Of a DNA stretch of 41,142 bases, positions 1 to 9,850 are shown piece by piece. The notes under the pieces were generated by a model. It did no database searches and was not told the origin of the DNA. It saw nothing but the letters and a program-made list of their open reading frames with translations. Positions within the stretch are counted from its first letter, which is position 1. The number at the start of each line of letters is the position of its first letter. The position numbers were made by a program, and so were the translations under genes. This DNA is from an uncultured archaeon (GTDB lineage Archaea; Asgardarchaeota; Heimdallarchaeia; Heimdallarchaeales; Kariarchaeaceae): assembly GCA_964645535.1 (NCBI GenBank), contig CAZYCQ010000031.1, positions 1-41,142 on the forward strand, given 5' to 3'.

Positions 1-21
1 AATAAGGAAACCAACCATTAT

Positions 22-942
22 ATGACGGAATTTTACTGTCTTTCGTTAAAGGTGATTTCAAAAAAATATGTTCTTGAAGATGATCTTTTAAAGCTAAGCA
101 GACTCATTTATACCTTTGCAATCCCTCCAATTTTTCTTGTATTAAATCTTCCAATCCTGATAGTTGAACTTATGAACCAATTTCTGCTGACACCGGATTT
201 GACCATGGTACATTTGGTCAACACCATTTCAATGATTTCTGACTTGGATGAAAGAATGAAGAGAGAATCTTCAATTTTTCTTAAAATTGCAGTTCATCTC
301 CTGAAATTTCGATTGTATTACCTCTTGAGAAATACCGGAATAGGAAATCTTCATCTAGATTTGGCTCAAAACTTCATCAACAGTTTCAATCTAAGATTTT
401 TTGAAGATATTTTTCATATCTACGTCAAGCCAGAAAATATAGAAGAAAATCATTTTCGAATTGATCTTTTCGATTTTTTTGAGGAGGATTTCAGATTAAT
501 CTTTACAGTTGAAGAATTGGAAGATGGACCTATTGGTTTTTTTGTAATTACCAATTATGGCTTGGAAATTTATCGGAAATATTTCCAAAAGAATTATGAC
601 ATGTTTCTGGGTGGATGGCTGTCAGGTTTTCTCTTTCTTCTTCAAACACTCAATGAAGTGGAATTGACAGCCATTTCAATTGCGGATTGTGTTTTTCTCA
701 ATAAAAAGAAACAAGGACTGCACTTTTGGTTAATGTTGAAAAATCCTCCTTCTGAACTAGATTACTATAAATTCTCTTCATTTATTTCAAATCTGGAAAT
801 TCCAAATATCACCAAGTCTGCCGTTATTGAAAGTGACCTATTTGAAGAAATCAGTCAATCATTGCAGGAATTTCTGAAAGATTACAATTTTTCTTTGAAT
901 TCAGGGGAGAACCGACAATCAAGCTTCAATTCCAAAGCTTGA
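22..942 (+). CDS. Hypothetical protein; C-terminal half possibly a degenerate longin/uDENN-like domain
   Basis: 306-aa ORF with one N-terminal hydrophobic stretch. The motif IFTVEELEDGPIGFF resembles the beta-strand-xx-GP motif of the proteins at 2469 and 24252. Overlaps the convergent amidase by 61 bp. Confidence 0.55.
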   Translation: MTEFYCLSLKVISKKYVLEDDLLKLSRLIYTFAIPPIFLVLNLPILIVELMNQFLLTPDLTMVHLVNTISMISDLDERMKRESSIFLKIAVHLLKFRLYYLLRNTGIGNLHLDLAQNFINSFNLRFFEDIFHIYVKPENIEENHFRIDLFDFFEEDFRLIFTVEELEDGPIGFFVITNYGLEIYRKYFQKNYDMFLGGWLSGFLFLLQTLNEVELTAISIADCVFLNKKKQGLHFWLMLKNPPSELDYYKFSSFISNLEIPNITKSAVIESDLFEEISQSLQEFLKDYNFSLNSGENRQSSFNSKA

Positions 943-2345
943 GCAAGAGAAAACAAAGTCTTTTCTGAGAAAGGAAGACCCAAAAGAGTTCCTCCCACAG
1001 GTAACCCTTGGATTTCACCTATGGGAAGAGTAATTGAAGGAAAGCCTGTAACAGCTGCAAGAAATGAGGTACTTCCTGATGAACAGTCCCCGTTGACTAC
1101 ATCAATTGGCCACGCAGGACTTCCTGTAGGAAGGAAGATCGCATCAAGGTGATGTTCAGCAAATAGGTTTCTCAGATTTGTTCGTAGTTTTTCATAATTG
1201 GTCATTGCCTTTTGGTAAATCTCTGAACCTATGCCTTCAGATTCCAATGCAAGTTCCAGCCATTCCTGTCCAAAAAACGGCATAGTTTCTTCAGAGTGTT
1301 TCTTGTTGAATTCAATAAGATCATTTATGGAGTTTATTCCGATTTTTTCATCTACGGATTGCAAGTACAGGTTCAAATCTTGCTTATAGTCCGCTAAAAG
1401 CACATCGACCTCAAAGAGTCCATCTTCTGGAATCTCGATTTCTACTGGGTCAATTAAATTTGTCCCTTCAGTTTCCATTAATTTAACAGTCTGATTGAGA
1501 ATTCTCTCAACTTTGGGAGCAAAAGAAAAAAACTTCCTTCCTATGCCGACAGTAAATGAATCCAAATTCCGTTCCTCAAAATTCGAAAAATCGGTCTCTA
1601 CATTTTCAGATCTTTTTGTAATCTCATCTTCAGGATCAGAGCCAGATATTGCCTGAAGAAGAATGGCCGCATCCTTCACAGATCGTGCCATCGGTCCTGC
1701 CGTATCTTGAGTATGCGAGATCGGAATAATGCCTTTTCTACTGACCAATCCCATTGTGGGTTTGACCCCTACAATTCCATTGACATGTGAAGGACAAACT
1801 ATTGAGCCATCGGTTTCCGTCCCAATTGCCACAGTACAATAATCTGCGGCCACTGCCACAGCTGAACCCGAACTTGATCCACAAGGGGTTCTATTTAGGA
1901 AAAAAGGGTTACGGGTTTGACCCCTTCTGGAAGACCATCCACTAATCGATTTTTTTCCTCTGAAATTTGCCCATTCACTCAGGTTTGCTTTGGCTAAAAT
2001 TATGGCACCTTCTTGTTTCAATCTTGATATGACTGTAGCATCCTCTTTTGCATAATGGTTCTTCAGAGCGATTGAACCTGCCGAAGTTGCCATTTCTCCT
2101 GCAGTATCAATATTGTCCTTAACGATGACAGGAATTCCAAAAAGAAGTTCTAGATGATCCTTTTTCTTTAATTCCGCATCTTTACTTTTTGCAATATCCA
2201 ATGCCTTTGGATTGAGTTCGATGATTGCTTTTGTTTTGTCATCAAATTGATGAATTTTATCAAGATAGTATTGCACAAGTTGGGAAGGTAAAAGTGATCC
2301 TTCCTTGTATTTCTTATGAATTTGCATGATTGAAAGTTCAAACAT
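882..2345 (-). CDS. Amidase signature family protein
   Basis: GIPVIVKDNI (catalytic Lys), GSSSGSAVAVAA and IGTETDGSIVCP signature; ANLSEWANFR is typical of non-GatA amidases. Confidence 0.92.
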   Translation of the reverse strand: MFELSIMQIHKKYKEGSLLPSQLVQYYLDKIHQFDDKTKAIIELNPKALDIAKSKDAELKKKDHLELLFGIPVIVKDNIDTAGEMATSAGSIALKNHYAKEDATVISRLKQEGAIILAKANLSEWANFRGKKSISGWSSRRGQTRNPFFLNRTPCGSSSGSAVAVAADYCTVAIGTETDGSIVCPSHVNGIVGVKPTMGLVSRKGIIPISHTQDTAGPMARSVKDAAILLQAISGSDPEDEITKRSENVETDFSNFEERNLDSFTVGIGRKFFSFAPKVERILNQTVKLMETEGTNLIDPVEIEIPEDGLFEVDVLLADYKQDLNLYLQSVDEKIGINSINDLIEFNKKHSEETMPFFGQEWLELALESEGIGSEIYQKAMTNYEKLRTNLRNLFAEHHLDAIFLPTGSPAWPIDVVNGDCSSGSTSFLAAVTGFPSITLPIGEIQGLPVGGTLLGLPFSEKTLFSLAQALELKLDCRFSPEFKEKL

Positions 2346-2468
2346 AGTTGGGATGAATTTAGAAACTTCTTATCTGTTTCAATTCGGGAAAAAAACAACC
2401 CGGCAAAAATGTTAAGTTTTTAGTGTAAAAATTTAACATCATTCTTTCATTCCACAAATCATATTTAA

Positions 2469-3650
2469 ATGACAATTATTTTCATCTTTTTAATGAACAT
2501 TTTTCTGGTACTTTTCCACTTACTGATCGTTTGCATTCAAATAATTTTGTGGATAGAATTTACCAGAAATGTTTTTCCGTGGATCAATCGATCCCCCTTG
2601 AATGGGTATGTTCTCATTGGCATTGGTGCATATCTATTTAACCTCAACTATTATTTGGATCAAAGAATTCTCGAATTGGAATTGACTGGAACCATTTTGG
2701 GAATAATAGGAATACAATTGCTTTTCGGAAATAATTGGATTAATTTATACGGGGATATGATGACCTTTTTGTGGGAATTGACAAAATATATTGCGGGATT
2801 TATTGTTGGCATCTCGGTATTTACAGGTCTCTATGACCAAGCTGGAATATCCAATAAAGTTACGGAATTAAGATTTCTTGCAATACTTTCATGGTTTGCT
2901 TTGATTTTTGTGCTTTTGATCAAAACCCATAATCTTACTACACTGTTCAAAGGAGAAACTGTGATATTGGTAATAGTAAAATTCCTTGTATTGATAGGTG
3001 TGTTTTCTATAATTGGTTCTCTCCTGTTCTTCATAGTTTCATCTATTTGGTTAGGAATGTATCCAATTTTATTTGGCAATTTCACGGTCTCAATTGCAAT
3101 TGCAATTTACCTTTATTCGGTAAACCAAAATCCAGAAAACAAATTTAGTTTAAAAACTCAATTCAAATTCATAGAAAGAAAGGGTTCTTTGGGCATGGCC
3201 TTGTTCAGCTATCAACCTATTGGTCCTAAACTTGAATTGGAAACTGGGTTTGATTTCCTTGGAGAAAATAAAGAAAAGCTTCTCATGAACTTGGGATTGA
3301 CCAGTATGGTTCTTTTAGGAAGAGGAGAGGATTATATTGAAGGATCTGTTATCCTCCCTGTAGATCCAAAAGGTAAAATTACATGTTTAGGGGTTTCATT
3401 TTGGGTAAAAGATGCCAATCAGGCAGATAAGCGGTTTAATGATCAGACATACTATTTAGTTTTGATTTCAGTCAAAAGAAATTTTGATCAAATTTTTGAA
3501 AACAGATCATATTGGGAAAAAAGAATTCAAGAGAAAATCAAGCCGTTGATTGAACGCAAGGAATTTAATCCAGAAATTGCCAAGGAATTCATTGAAACCA
3601 CTATTAAAGAGATTCTTCTTATTTCTAACGGGTTAAAAGGTTCAAGTTGA
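2469..3650 (+). CDS. ~7TM membrane protein with C-terminal longin/uDENN-like domain
   Basis: About seven hydrophobic segments in aa 1-217, then a soluble domain with ALFSYQPIGPK and SFWVKDANQADKR. Aligns by eye with the C-terminus of 24252..25478. Confidence 0.65.
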   Translation: MTIIFIFLMNIFLVLFHLLIVCIQIILWIEFTRNVFPWINRSPLNGYVLIGIGAYLFNLNYYLDQRILELELTGTILGIIGIQLLFGNNWINLYGDMMTFLWELTKYIAGFIVGISVFTGLYDQAGISNKVTELRFLAILSWFALIFVLLIKTHNLTTLFKGETVILVIVKFLVLIGVFSIIGSLLFFIVSSIWLGMYPILFGNFTVSIAIAIYLYSVNQNPENKFSLKTQFKFIERKGSLGMALFSYQPIGPKLELETGFDFLGENKEKLLMNLGLTSMVLLGRGEDYIEGSVILPVDPKGKITCLGVSFWVKDANQADKRFNDQTYYLVLISVKRNFDQIFENRSYWEKRIQEKIKPLIERKEFNPEIAKEFIETTIKEILLISNGLKGSS

Positions 3651-3667
3651 TTGAAAAATCCCAACAC

Positions 3668-3824
3668 TTAAATACTGCCAAACCTCTTTTCAAATGCTAA
3701 GTGAGTAGCATGAGGAATTACGTTCTACAACACTTCCACAACTAAAAACAAACGAGCAACAACAATAACTACTTCAAGGTTCGGGTCAGATGAACAATTG
3801 ACTGAGCCGTACGGAGGTATTTCT
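3668..3824 (+). promoter_or_regulatory. leuS promoter and structured 5' leader
   Basis: TATA-like TTAAATA at 3668-3674; C/A-rich tract ~3725-3772; stem 3778-3788/3799-3808; Shine-Dalgarno GGAGGT at 3813-3818 ahead of ATG 3825. Confidence 0.5.
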
Positions 3825-6692
3825 ATGTATGATCAAATCCAAATAGAGAAGAAATGGCAAACCAAATGGAATGAAGATCATGTTTTCGAAAGTGACAGGA
3901 AGGAAGGTGTTTCCAAATTTTTTGGAAACTTTCCCTTTCCTTACATTAACGGGAAACTGCATTTGGGTCACGGATACAGCATGATGAAATTGGAAGCGAC
4001 CATTCGTTTTCAGAGAATGATGGGAAAGAATACATTGTGGCCATTCGGGTTTCATGCAACCGGGGAACCTATCGCTGGAATGGCCAAGCGAGTTGCAGAT
4101 GGAGATGAAAGTCAGATCCGTGCCCTTGAACTGTCCGGTATCCCTAAGGAACAGATGGATCAATTCAGAGACCCATACAATATCATTCGCTATTTCATGA
4201 AAACCACTGAGGAAACCTGCCGGAGGCTCGGTATTGCAGTTGATTGGAGACGAAAATTTGTCACCACTCAATTGACACCTACCTTTTCAAAGTTTATCGA
4301 ATGGCAATATCGCAAATTGCATTCAATGGGCTATGTGATTCAGGATTCCCATCCTGTCATCTGGTGTCCATCCTGTAAGTCACCTACTGGTGAACATGAC
4401 CGGTTGGAAGGTGATGATGCAAGGATAGTCGATTTCGTCCTGATCAAATTCTATGTTCCGGAGATTGATGCCTATCTTGTTCCCGGTACCTTGAGACCTG
4501 AAACCACATTCGGAGTGACCAATATTTTCCTGCATCCGGATGCAGATTATGTAGTGACCAAAGTTGATGGTCAGAAATTGATCTTTGCCAAAAAGGATCT
4601 TCCAAAATTCAGGGATCAAGAACATGAGGTTACAGAGGTTCAAGACATTGATGTTCGGAATCTGTTTGGAAAATATGCCACCAATCCATTGACCGAGAAT
4701 CAAGTCATCATCCTTCCTGCAACTTTTATTGATCCAGAAGGAGCTACGGGAGTTGTCATGTCAGTTCCTGCCCATGCTCCTGTAGATTATGCCACTTTGG
4801 TTGAGTTGCAGGAAAATCCGGAGACTGTTGCAAGGTACGGAATCGATCCTCAGGAAGTCAAGAAAATCGTTCCCATTTCACTGATCAAGATCGAGGGATA
4901 TTCAGAATTTCCTGCAAAGGATGTGGTTGAGGAATTCGGTATCAAAGGACAGAACGATTCAAAATTGAAAGAAGCAACGAAGTTGGTATATCGGAAGGAA
5001 GCAACCCATGGCATTACCAAGGAAATCACAGGAAAATACCAAGGTAAACCAGTGGAAGAAGTCAAAGAAGAATTGACAAATGACATGGTCAGAGAAGGGA
5101 AGGCTCTGATTCTCAAGGAACCAAGTGAACCTGTGATATGCCGGTGTGGTACCCGCAATTATGTCAAATTCCTTGAAGACCAGTGGTTCCTGAAATTCAG
5201 TGATAAAAACTGGAAGAAAAAAGTCTACAAGATGATCGACCAAATGACCTTCTATCCTCCCGAAGCCAAAAATGGGTTTATCAGAACAGTTGATTGGCTG
5301 GAAAACAGAGCCTGTGTCAGAAAAAGTGGATTGGGTACCCCTGCACCTTGGGATCCTGAATGGATCATTGAGACCCTTTCAGACAGTGTTATCTATATGG
5401 CCTATTACATTGTTTCAAAATATGTCAATGAAGGATCTTTCAAAGAAGAATGGGCTGTTGATGAAATTTTTGACTATATCTATTTGGGCAAGGGAAATGC
5501 AAAGAGCTTGGCGCAAAAGTACGGTGCAGATGAAAAACTGTTGAGGGAAATAAAGAAGGATTTCCAGTATTGGTATGGTTTTGAATTAAGATCATCAGGA
5601 AAGGATTTGGTCAACAATCATTTGACGTTCATGCTTTTCCACCACGCAGCCATATTCCCTGAGAAGTATTGGCCTAAAGCAGTTCATGTGAACGGTTACG
5701 TCAAGGTTGCAAAGAAAACTGCGAACAACCAGATTATTGAGGAAAAGATGTCCAAAAGAAAAGGCAACTTCAAGACTTTGGATGACCTCATTGATGCATA
5801 TGGTGCGGATGTTACAAGATTGACCATGTTGACGGCAGGAGAGGGAATGGAAGATGCTTCAATCATGCCTGAAGAAATCCCCAGTTATTCAAAATGGTTA
5901 GTAAACCTCTGGAGTATGTCCACCGATACGGATATTGATGAGGAAATGCGTCATATTGACAAATGGCTTATCTCCAAAATGCAGTCGCAAATAAGAGAAA
6001 CCATTGACCATTATAGCAACGTTCGAACACGCAGCGCCTTTCAAACAGCCTATCATGAAACCATGCATTTGATCAAGTGGTACTTGAACCGCAGAAACGG
6101 AACCAAAGGACCGGGATATAGATATAGTGTTGAAGTTTTGGTTCGAATGGTTGCTCCTATGATTCCTCATTTGGCTGAAGAAATTTGGAATTATTGGGGA
6201 AATGACGGCTTTATCAGTGAGGCACCGTTCCCAACGCCTGATGACTCAAAAGTTGATGAAGAGGCCGAGCATGCAGAAAAGTATCTGGGAGAGGTCCTTG
6301 ATGACTTAAAAGGGTTAATTTCATTTTTGACATCCAGGAACAACCCTCCCCCCAAGAAAATCACTCTCTTAGTGGCACCTGAATGGAAATACACCATTTA
6401 TGAGGAGGCACGGAAAAACGGAATAAAAACGCTGCTTAAGAATATAATGCAAGAACCTGAAATGAAAAAGAGAGGAAAAGCCGCTGTTTCATATGCGCAA
6501 TCATTAATGAAGAGAGGCGCTCCTCCTGACATCCCAATGAGTTTCAGCATGGAGATGAAAACATTGGAAGAAGCAATTCCATTCCTTGAAAGACAATTCG
6601 AAGCTACCGTCAGAGTTGAACCGGCTGAAGGTAATAAACATGAAAAGGCAAAGGTCGCAATTCCGAGAAGGCCAGGGATCATCCTTGAGTAG
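3825..6692 (+). CDS. leuS: Leucine--tRNA ligase, archaeal/eukaryotic type
   Basis: FPYINGKLHLGH (HIGH), KMSKR (KMSKS), TLRPET editing-domain motif, GKDLVNNHL, C-terminal AIPRRPGI. Start moved from TTG 3798 to ATG 3825 because of the SD GGAGGT. Confidence 0.96.
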   Translation: MYDQIQIEKKWQTKWNEDHVFESDRKEGVSKFFGNFPFPYINGKLHLGHGYSMMKLEATIRFQRMMGKNTLWPFGFHATGEPIAGMAKRVADGDESQIRALELSGIPKEQMDQFRDPYNIIRYFMKTTEETCRRLGIAVDWRRKFVTTQLTPTFSKFIEWQYRKLHSMGYVIQDSHPVIWCPSCKSPTGEHDRLEGDDARIVDFVLIKFYVPEIDAYLVPGTLRPETTFGVTNIFLHPDADYVVTKVDGQKLIFAKKDLPKFRDQEHEVTEVQDIDVRNLFGKYATNPLTENQVIILPATFIDPEGATGVVMSVPAHAPVDYATLVELQENPETVARYGIDPQEVKKIVPISLIKIEGYSEFPAKDVVEEFGIKGQNDSKLKEATKLVYRKEATHGITKEITGKYQGKPVEEVKEELTNDMVREGKALILKEPSEPVICRCGTRNYVKFLEDQWFLKFSDKNWKKKVYKMIDQMTFYPPEAKNGFIRTVDWLENRACVRKSGLGTPAPWDPEWIIETLSDSVIYMAYYIVSKYVNEGSFKEEWAVDEIFDYIYLGKGNAKSLAQKYGADEKLLREIKKDFQYWYGFELRSSGKDLVNNHLTFMLFHHAAIFPEKYWPKAVHVNGYVKVAKKTANNQIIEEKMSKRKGNFKTLDDLIDAYGADVTRLTMLTAGEGMEDASIMPEEIPSYSKWLVNLWSMSTDTDIDEEMRHIDKWLISKMQSQIRETIDHYSNVRTRSAFQTAYHETMHLIKWYLNRRNGTKGPGYRYSVEVLVRMVAPMIPHLAEEIWNYWGNDGFISEAPFPTPDDSKVDEEAEHAEKYLGEVLDDLKGLISFLTSRNNPPPKKITLLVAPEWKYTIYEEARKNGIKTLLKNIMQEPEMKKRGKAAVSYAQSLMKRGAPPDIPMSFSMEMKTLEEAIPFLERQFEATVRVEPAEGNKHEKAKVAIPRRPGIILE

Positions 6693-7491
6693 AATTCAGA
6701 GCTGAAGGAAGAACCATCGTAAAATTGGTCTTAGGAATTACATACGCATCAAGGTATTCATCATATTCAGTCTCAGAAAACTCTGGATTCAACACACCAA
6801 GTTCAAAAATTAGTTCTTGGATTACTTCTAAAGCGAGATCATACTCCTCATGACCTGGATAAAGCCTCCCTTTTTCCATGAACCCCTCAACCTCGTCAAA
6901 AAGCTCCTGCAGCATCTCATTATAATCTTCAATGTAAACACCTTCTGGGTAATAAAAGGCACCAAAATGAACTGTATCCCCAGTGAAAATTTCTCCTTCA
7001 GAAGTATAAAGGACAATAGAACCAGGAGTATGACCATCTGCATGAAAGACGGTAAGAGTTAGTCCTCCGAGATCAAATATTTCACCTCCCACCAATGGGT
7101 TCACCTTTGAGGCTACAGGAATCTTGTAATTTCGTTTTTTAAATTCCTCACCCTTGAGTGAACCTGCCAAAAAGGACACATCAATGGGTTTTGAAATTTT
7201 CTTGTAATCTAATTTATGGATGTGAATTTCATCGAATTCAAAATTGCCACCGACGTGGTCAAAATGATTATGAGTATTAAAAACCAATAATTCACGGTCC
7301 CCAATTATCGATTCAACTATTGGACGCAAAGGGTACAGTCCAGAACCGGTATCGATCAGGGCTGCAAGAGTATCTCCAAGCACGACGTACATGTTTGTAT
7401 ATATTGTTCTGTACCGCGGTTCGATAAGATCTAACCTCTCACGGATCACATAAAGATGGTCATTTAATTGGCGTACCTCAAACCAGTCCAT
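6679..7491 (-). CDS. MBL-fold metallo-hydrolase
   Basis: LIDTG, THNHFDHVGG (HxHxDH), GHTPGS, FTGD and YPGH motifs. Confidence 0.92.
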   Translation of the reverse strand: MDWFEVRQLNDHLYVIRERLDLIEPRYRTIYTNMYVVLGDTLAALIDTGSGLYPLRPIVESIIGDRELLVFNTHNHFDHVGGNFEFDEIHIHKLDYKKISKPIDVSFLAGSLKGEEFKKRNYKIPVASKVNPLVGGEIFDLGGLTLTVFHADGHTPGSIVLYTSEGEIFTGDTVHFGAFYYPEGVYIEDYNEMLQELFDEVEGFMEKGRLYPGHEEYDLALEVIQELIFELGVLNPEFSETEYDEYLDAYVIPKTNFTMVLPSALNSTQG

Positions 7492-7526
7492 ATGCGACTT
7501 AACTGTTGAAATATAAAGAATATTTG

Positions 7527-8324
7527 TTAGAAGGCATTGATAATTCCGTCAGGATCAGGTTTTGAAGAAGCCCGGATTTTATTTTTCAATGAATTCCATC
7601 TCTCTCTTGATCTTACATCAATAAGGAGAAAAAAGCCATTTATCACCAAAACATTCGTAACGAGAAAAAATAAGATCTCTTCCAGAGGAAGTATTCCAAA
7701 AAACAAAATTGAGAGAGATTTATCTGGATTGATTGTCCACACCCCGTCAGCAATGGCCAACATATCAGCCAATGACAAATAGATCGTTGTAAGAGATATT
7801 GTCAATCCAATTTTTAGCCAATTTGTAGTTAATAGGTCTAAGCCATAAAATAGTTGGAGAGATATGGGAATGAAGGCCCAACTAATTATTAAAGCCAAGT
7901 ATATCCAATTTGGAGATTGGGTCAATAACAACACAAAACCGAGGATGGATACGCCCAATGCAAGTGTTCCTCCCACCGCATTCCAAATTGTTGGAATTTT
8001 TGGTGGAATTTTTATTGATCCAACTGCCTTCTCGATCAGCAAAAAGACCGAAATTGAAAAAAATGGTTGGAGGATAAAAAAGAGATATTCTTCTAACGGA
8101 ACAAAACCAATTGTAATGCCCAAGACTTTTTCATTGTCATAGTACCAGACCCTGTTTTCAACTAGGTAATTATCCCATGGTGTAGTATAGATTAGGGCAA
8201 TGAGAGCCAAAATTGGAGCAAAAATCAACTTTTCAAAAAAATTATCTATTGAGAGTCCTAAGAACAATATTGCAACCAATGGGACTACAAGAAACAACAC
8301 AAGAAACAACGCATAGGAAAGCAA
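7527..8324 (-). CDS. crtY: Lycopene beta-cyclase, membrane CrtYc/CrtYd-fused type
   Basis: Two tandem cyclase repeats (YTTPWDNYL...VWYY...VPLEEYLFF and LADMLAIADGVW...LPLEEILFF). TTG start 2 bp after the crtI stop. Confidence 0.88.
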   Translation of the reverse strand: MLSYALFLVLFLVVPLVAILFLGLSIDNFFEKLIFAPILALIALIYTTPWDNYLVENRVWYYDNEKVLGITIGFVPLEEYLFFILQPFFSISVFLLIEKAVGSIKIPPKIPTIWNAVGGTLALGVSILGFVLLLTQSPNWIYLALIISWAFIPISLQLFYGLDLLTTNWLKIGLTISLTTIYLSLADMLAIADGVWTINPDKSLSILFFGILPLEEILFFLVTNVLVINGFFLLIDVRSRERWNSLKNKIRASSKPDPDGIINAF

Positions 8325-8326
8325 AC

Positions 8327-9850
8327 TTAACCCTCCGCCTTTAAATCTTCAACTATGAGATCGGTTGTAATCTTCGCTGAAGCAACAACTCCAGGAAGGC
8401 CTGCTCCCGGATGAGTTCCCGCTCCAACAAAATATAATTTTTTGATGTCTTCGGATCGATTGTGAGGTCGAAAATAAGCAGATTGACGGAGGGTTGGCTC
8501 TAGAGAGAAACCAGTTCCTTTGTAAGCCATATAATTTTTCTCGAAATCCTTTGGAGTAAGAATTTTTGTTGCGACTAAGTTTTCATTCAAGCCACTTAGG
8601 TAGTTTTCCTCAAGAAAATCCATTACTTTGTCCTTAAACTTTGGGCCTTCAACTTCCCAATCAATATTTGCATCCAAATTCGGGACAGGAATGAGAATGT
8701 AAAATGCTTCAACCCCTTCAGGAGCCAAAGTTCTGTCAGTTCTTGTTGGGACATGAAGGTAAGCCGAAAAATCATCCGCCAAGATTTTATTCTTAAATAT
8801 ATCTTCCAGGAGCTCCTTGTAACGAGGTCCGAGAATAATCGTATGATGTTTCATGTCAGGATAGAGCTTTTTTGTCGCAAAGTAAATCAGAAACAGTCCC
8901 ATGCTATATTTTGCCTTTTCATACCTCTTGTTCGAATTCTTCTTTCTCCACTTTGAATCAATCAATTTTGTGTAAGTCGTTGCTACATCGGCATTCGATA
9001 CGATAACATCCGCCTCCATTTTTCCCGTATTGGTCACCACACCCCTTGCTTCACCGTCAATAACTTCAATCTTCTCAACGCCTTGGTTCAACAAAATTTT
9101 GCCTCCCATTTCTTCGAAAATCTTAGCTAGGGCTGAAACTAGAGCGTTTGTACCCCCTTGTGCAAACCATACCCCATACTCTTTTTCAAGAAACTGTATT
9201 AGTGAGTAGATGGACGGGACACTGAACGGGTTACCGCCAATAAGGAGAGGATGGAAAGAAAAGACTTGGCGGAGTTTTTCATTCTTAATGTACTTACTAA
9301 TGAGTCCGTAGTTTGAGCGATAAGATTGGAGTTTAATCATATCGGGTACTATTTTAAGCATGCTCCTCAACGAAAGGAACGGAGTGAAAGCAAGCTCTTC
9401 AAAACCCTTGAAGTAAATCTTTTCAACATGTTCAAGCATTTTCGGATAGTTTTCTGCGTCTTTCTTTGAAAATTCCAGAATTTGCTTTACATTATCTTCA
9501 GGTTCTCCATAATCGAATGAAGAACCATCATCAAAAAGAACACGATAATAAGGATAAACTGGAAGCAATTTGACATAATCATCCATCTTCTTTCCCGCAG
9601 TCCTGAACAGTTCTTCAAAGACAAAGGGGGCTGTAATGACAGTAGGTCCTGCATCAAAAGTTACTCCATTGATATTGAATGAAACTGCTCGTCCACCAAT
9701 CTGGCTTTGGCGTTCAAGAATGGTTGTCGAAACGCCTTGTGCTTGTAATCGAATTGCAGCAGCCAAACCACCAAATCCAGATCCAATAACGATAGCTGTT
9801 GGAGACCCCTCTTTCTGCTTTTCTAATGGCGATAGTTGTGAACTAATCAT
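8327..9850 (-). CDS. crtI: Phytoene desaturase
   Basis: GSGFGG FAD-binding motif, GGRA, FDAGPT, FHPLLIGGNP, YFRPHNR, GAGTHPGAGLPGV. ATG at 9850 preferred over 9862 for TATA spacing; start uncertain. Confidence 0.93.
   Translation of the reverse strand: MISSQLSPLEKQKEGSPTAIVIGSGFGGLAAAIRLQAQGVSTTILERQSQIGGRAVSFNINGVTFDAGPTVITAPFVFEELFRTAGKKMDDYVKLLPVYPYYRVLFDDGSSFDYGEPEDNVKQILEFSKKDAENYPKMLEHVEKIYFKGFEELAFTPFLSLRSMLKIVPDMIKLQSYRSNYGLISKYIKNEKLRQVFSFHPLLIGGNPFSVPSIYSLIQFLEKEYGVWFAQGGTNALVSALAKIFEEMGGKILLNQGVEKIEVIDGEARGVVTNTGKMEADVIVSNADVATTYTKLIDSKWRKKNSNKRYEKAKYSMGLFLIYFATKKLYPDMKHHTIILGPRYKELLEDIFKNKILADDFSAYLHVPTRTDRTLAPEGVEAFYILIPVPNLDANIDWEVEGPKFKDKVMDFLEENYLSGLNENLVATKILTPKDFEKNYMAYKGTGFSLEPTLRQSAYFRPHNRSEDIKKLYFVGAGTHPGAGLPGVVASAKITTDLIVEDLKAEG

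Noticed and set aside
882-2345. Amidase as GatA
   Set aside because: It has ANLSEWANFR and TETDGS rather than GatA-type NMDEFAMG and SDTGGS, and no gatB/gatC is nearby.
2469-3650. The 7TM proteins (also 24252..25478) as rhodopsins serving the carotenoid cluster
   Set aside because: No Schiff-base lysine or DxxxK motif in the last helix, and no opsin helix-C motif.
3710-3745. Classical Leu-rich attenuator peptide
   Set aside because: Only one Leu codon, and no U-tailed terminator hairpin follows.
6679-7491. MBL-fold gene and acylase as antibiotic-resistance genes
   Set aside because: Only superfamily motifs are present, with no signal peptide and no mobile context.
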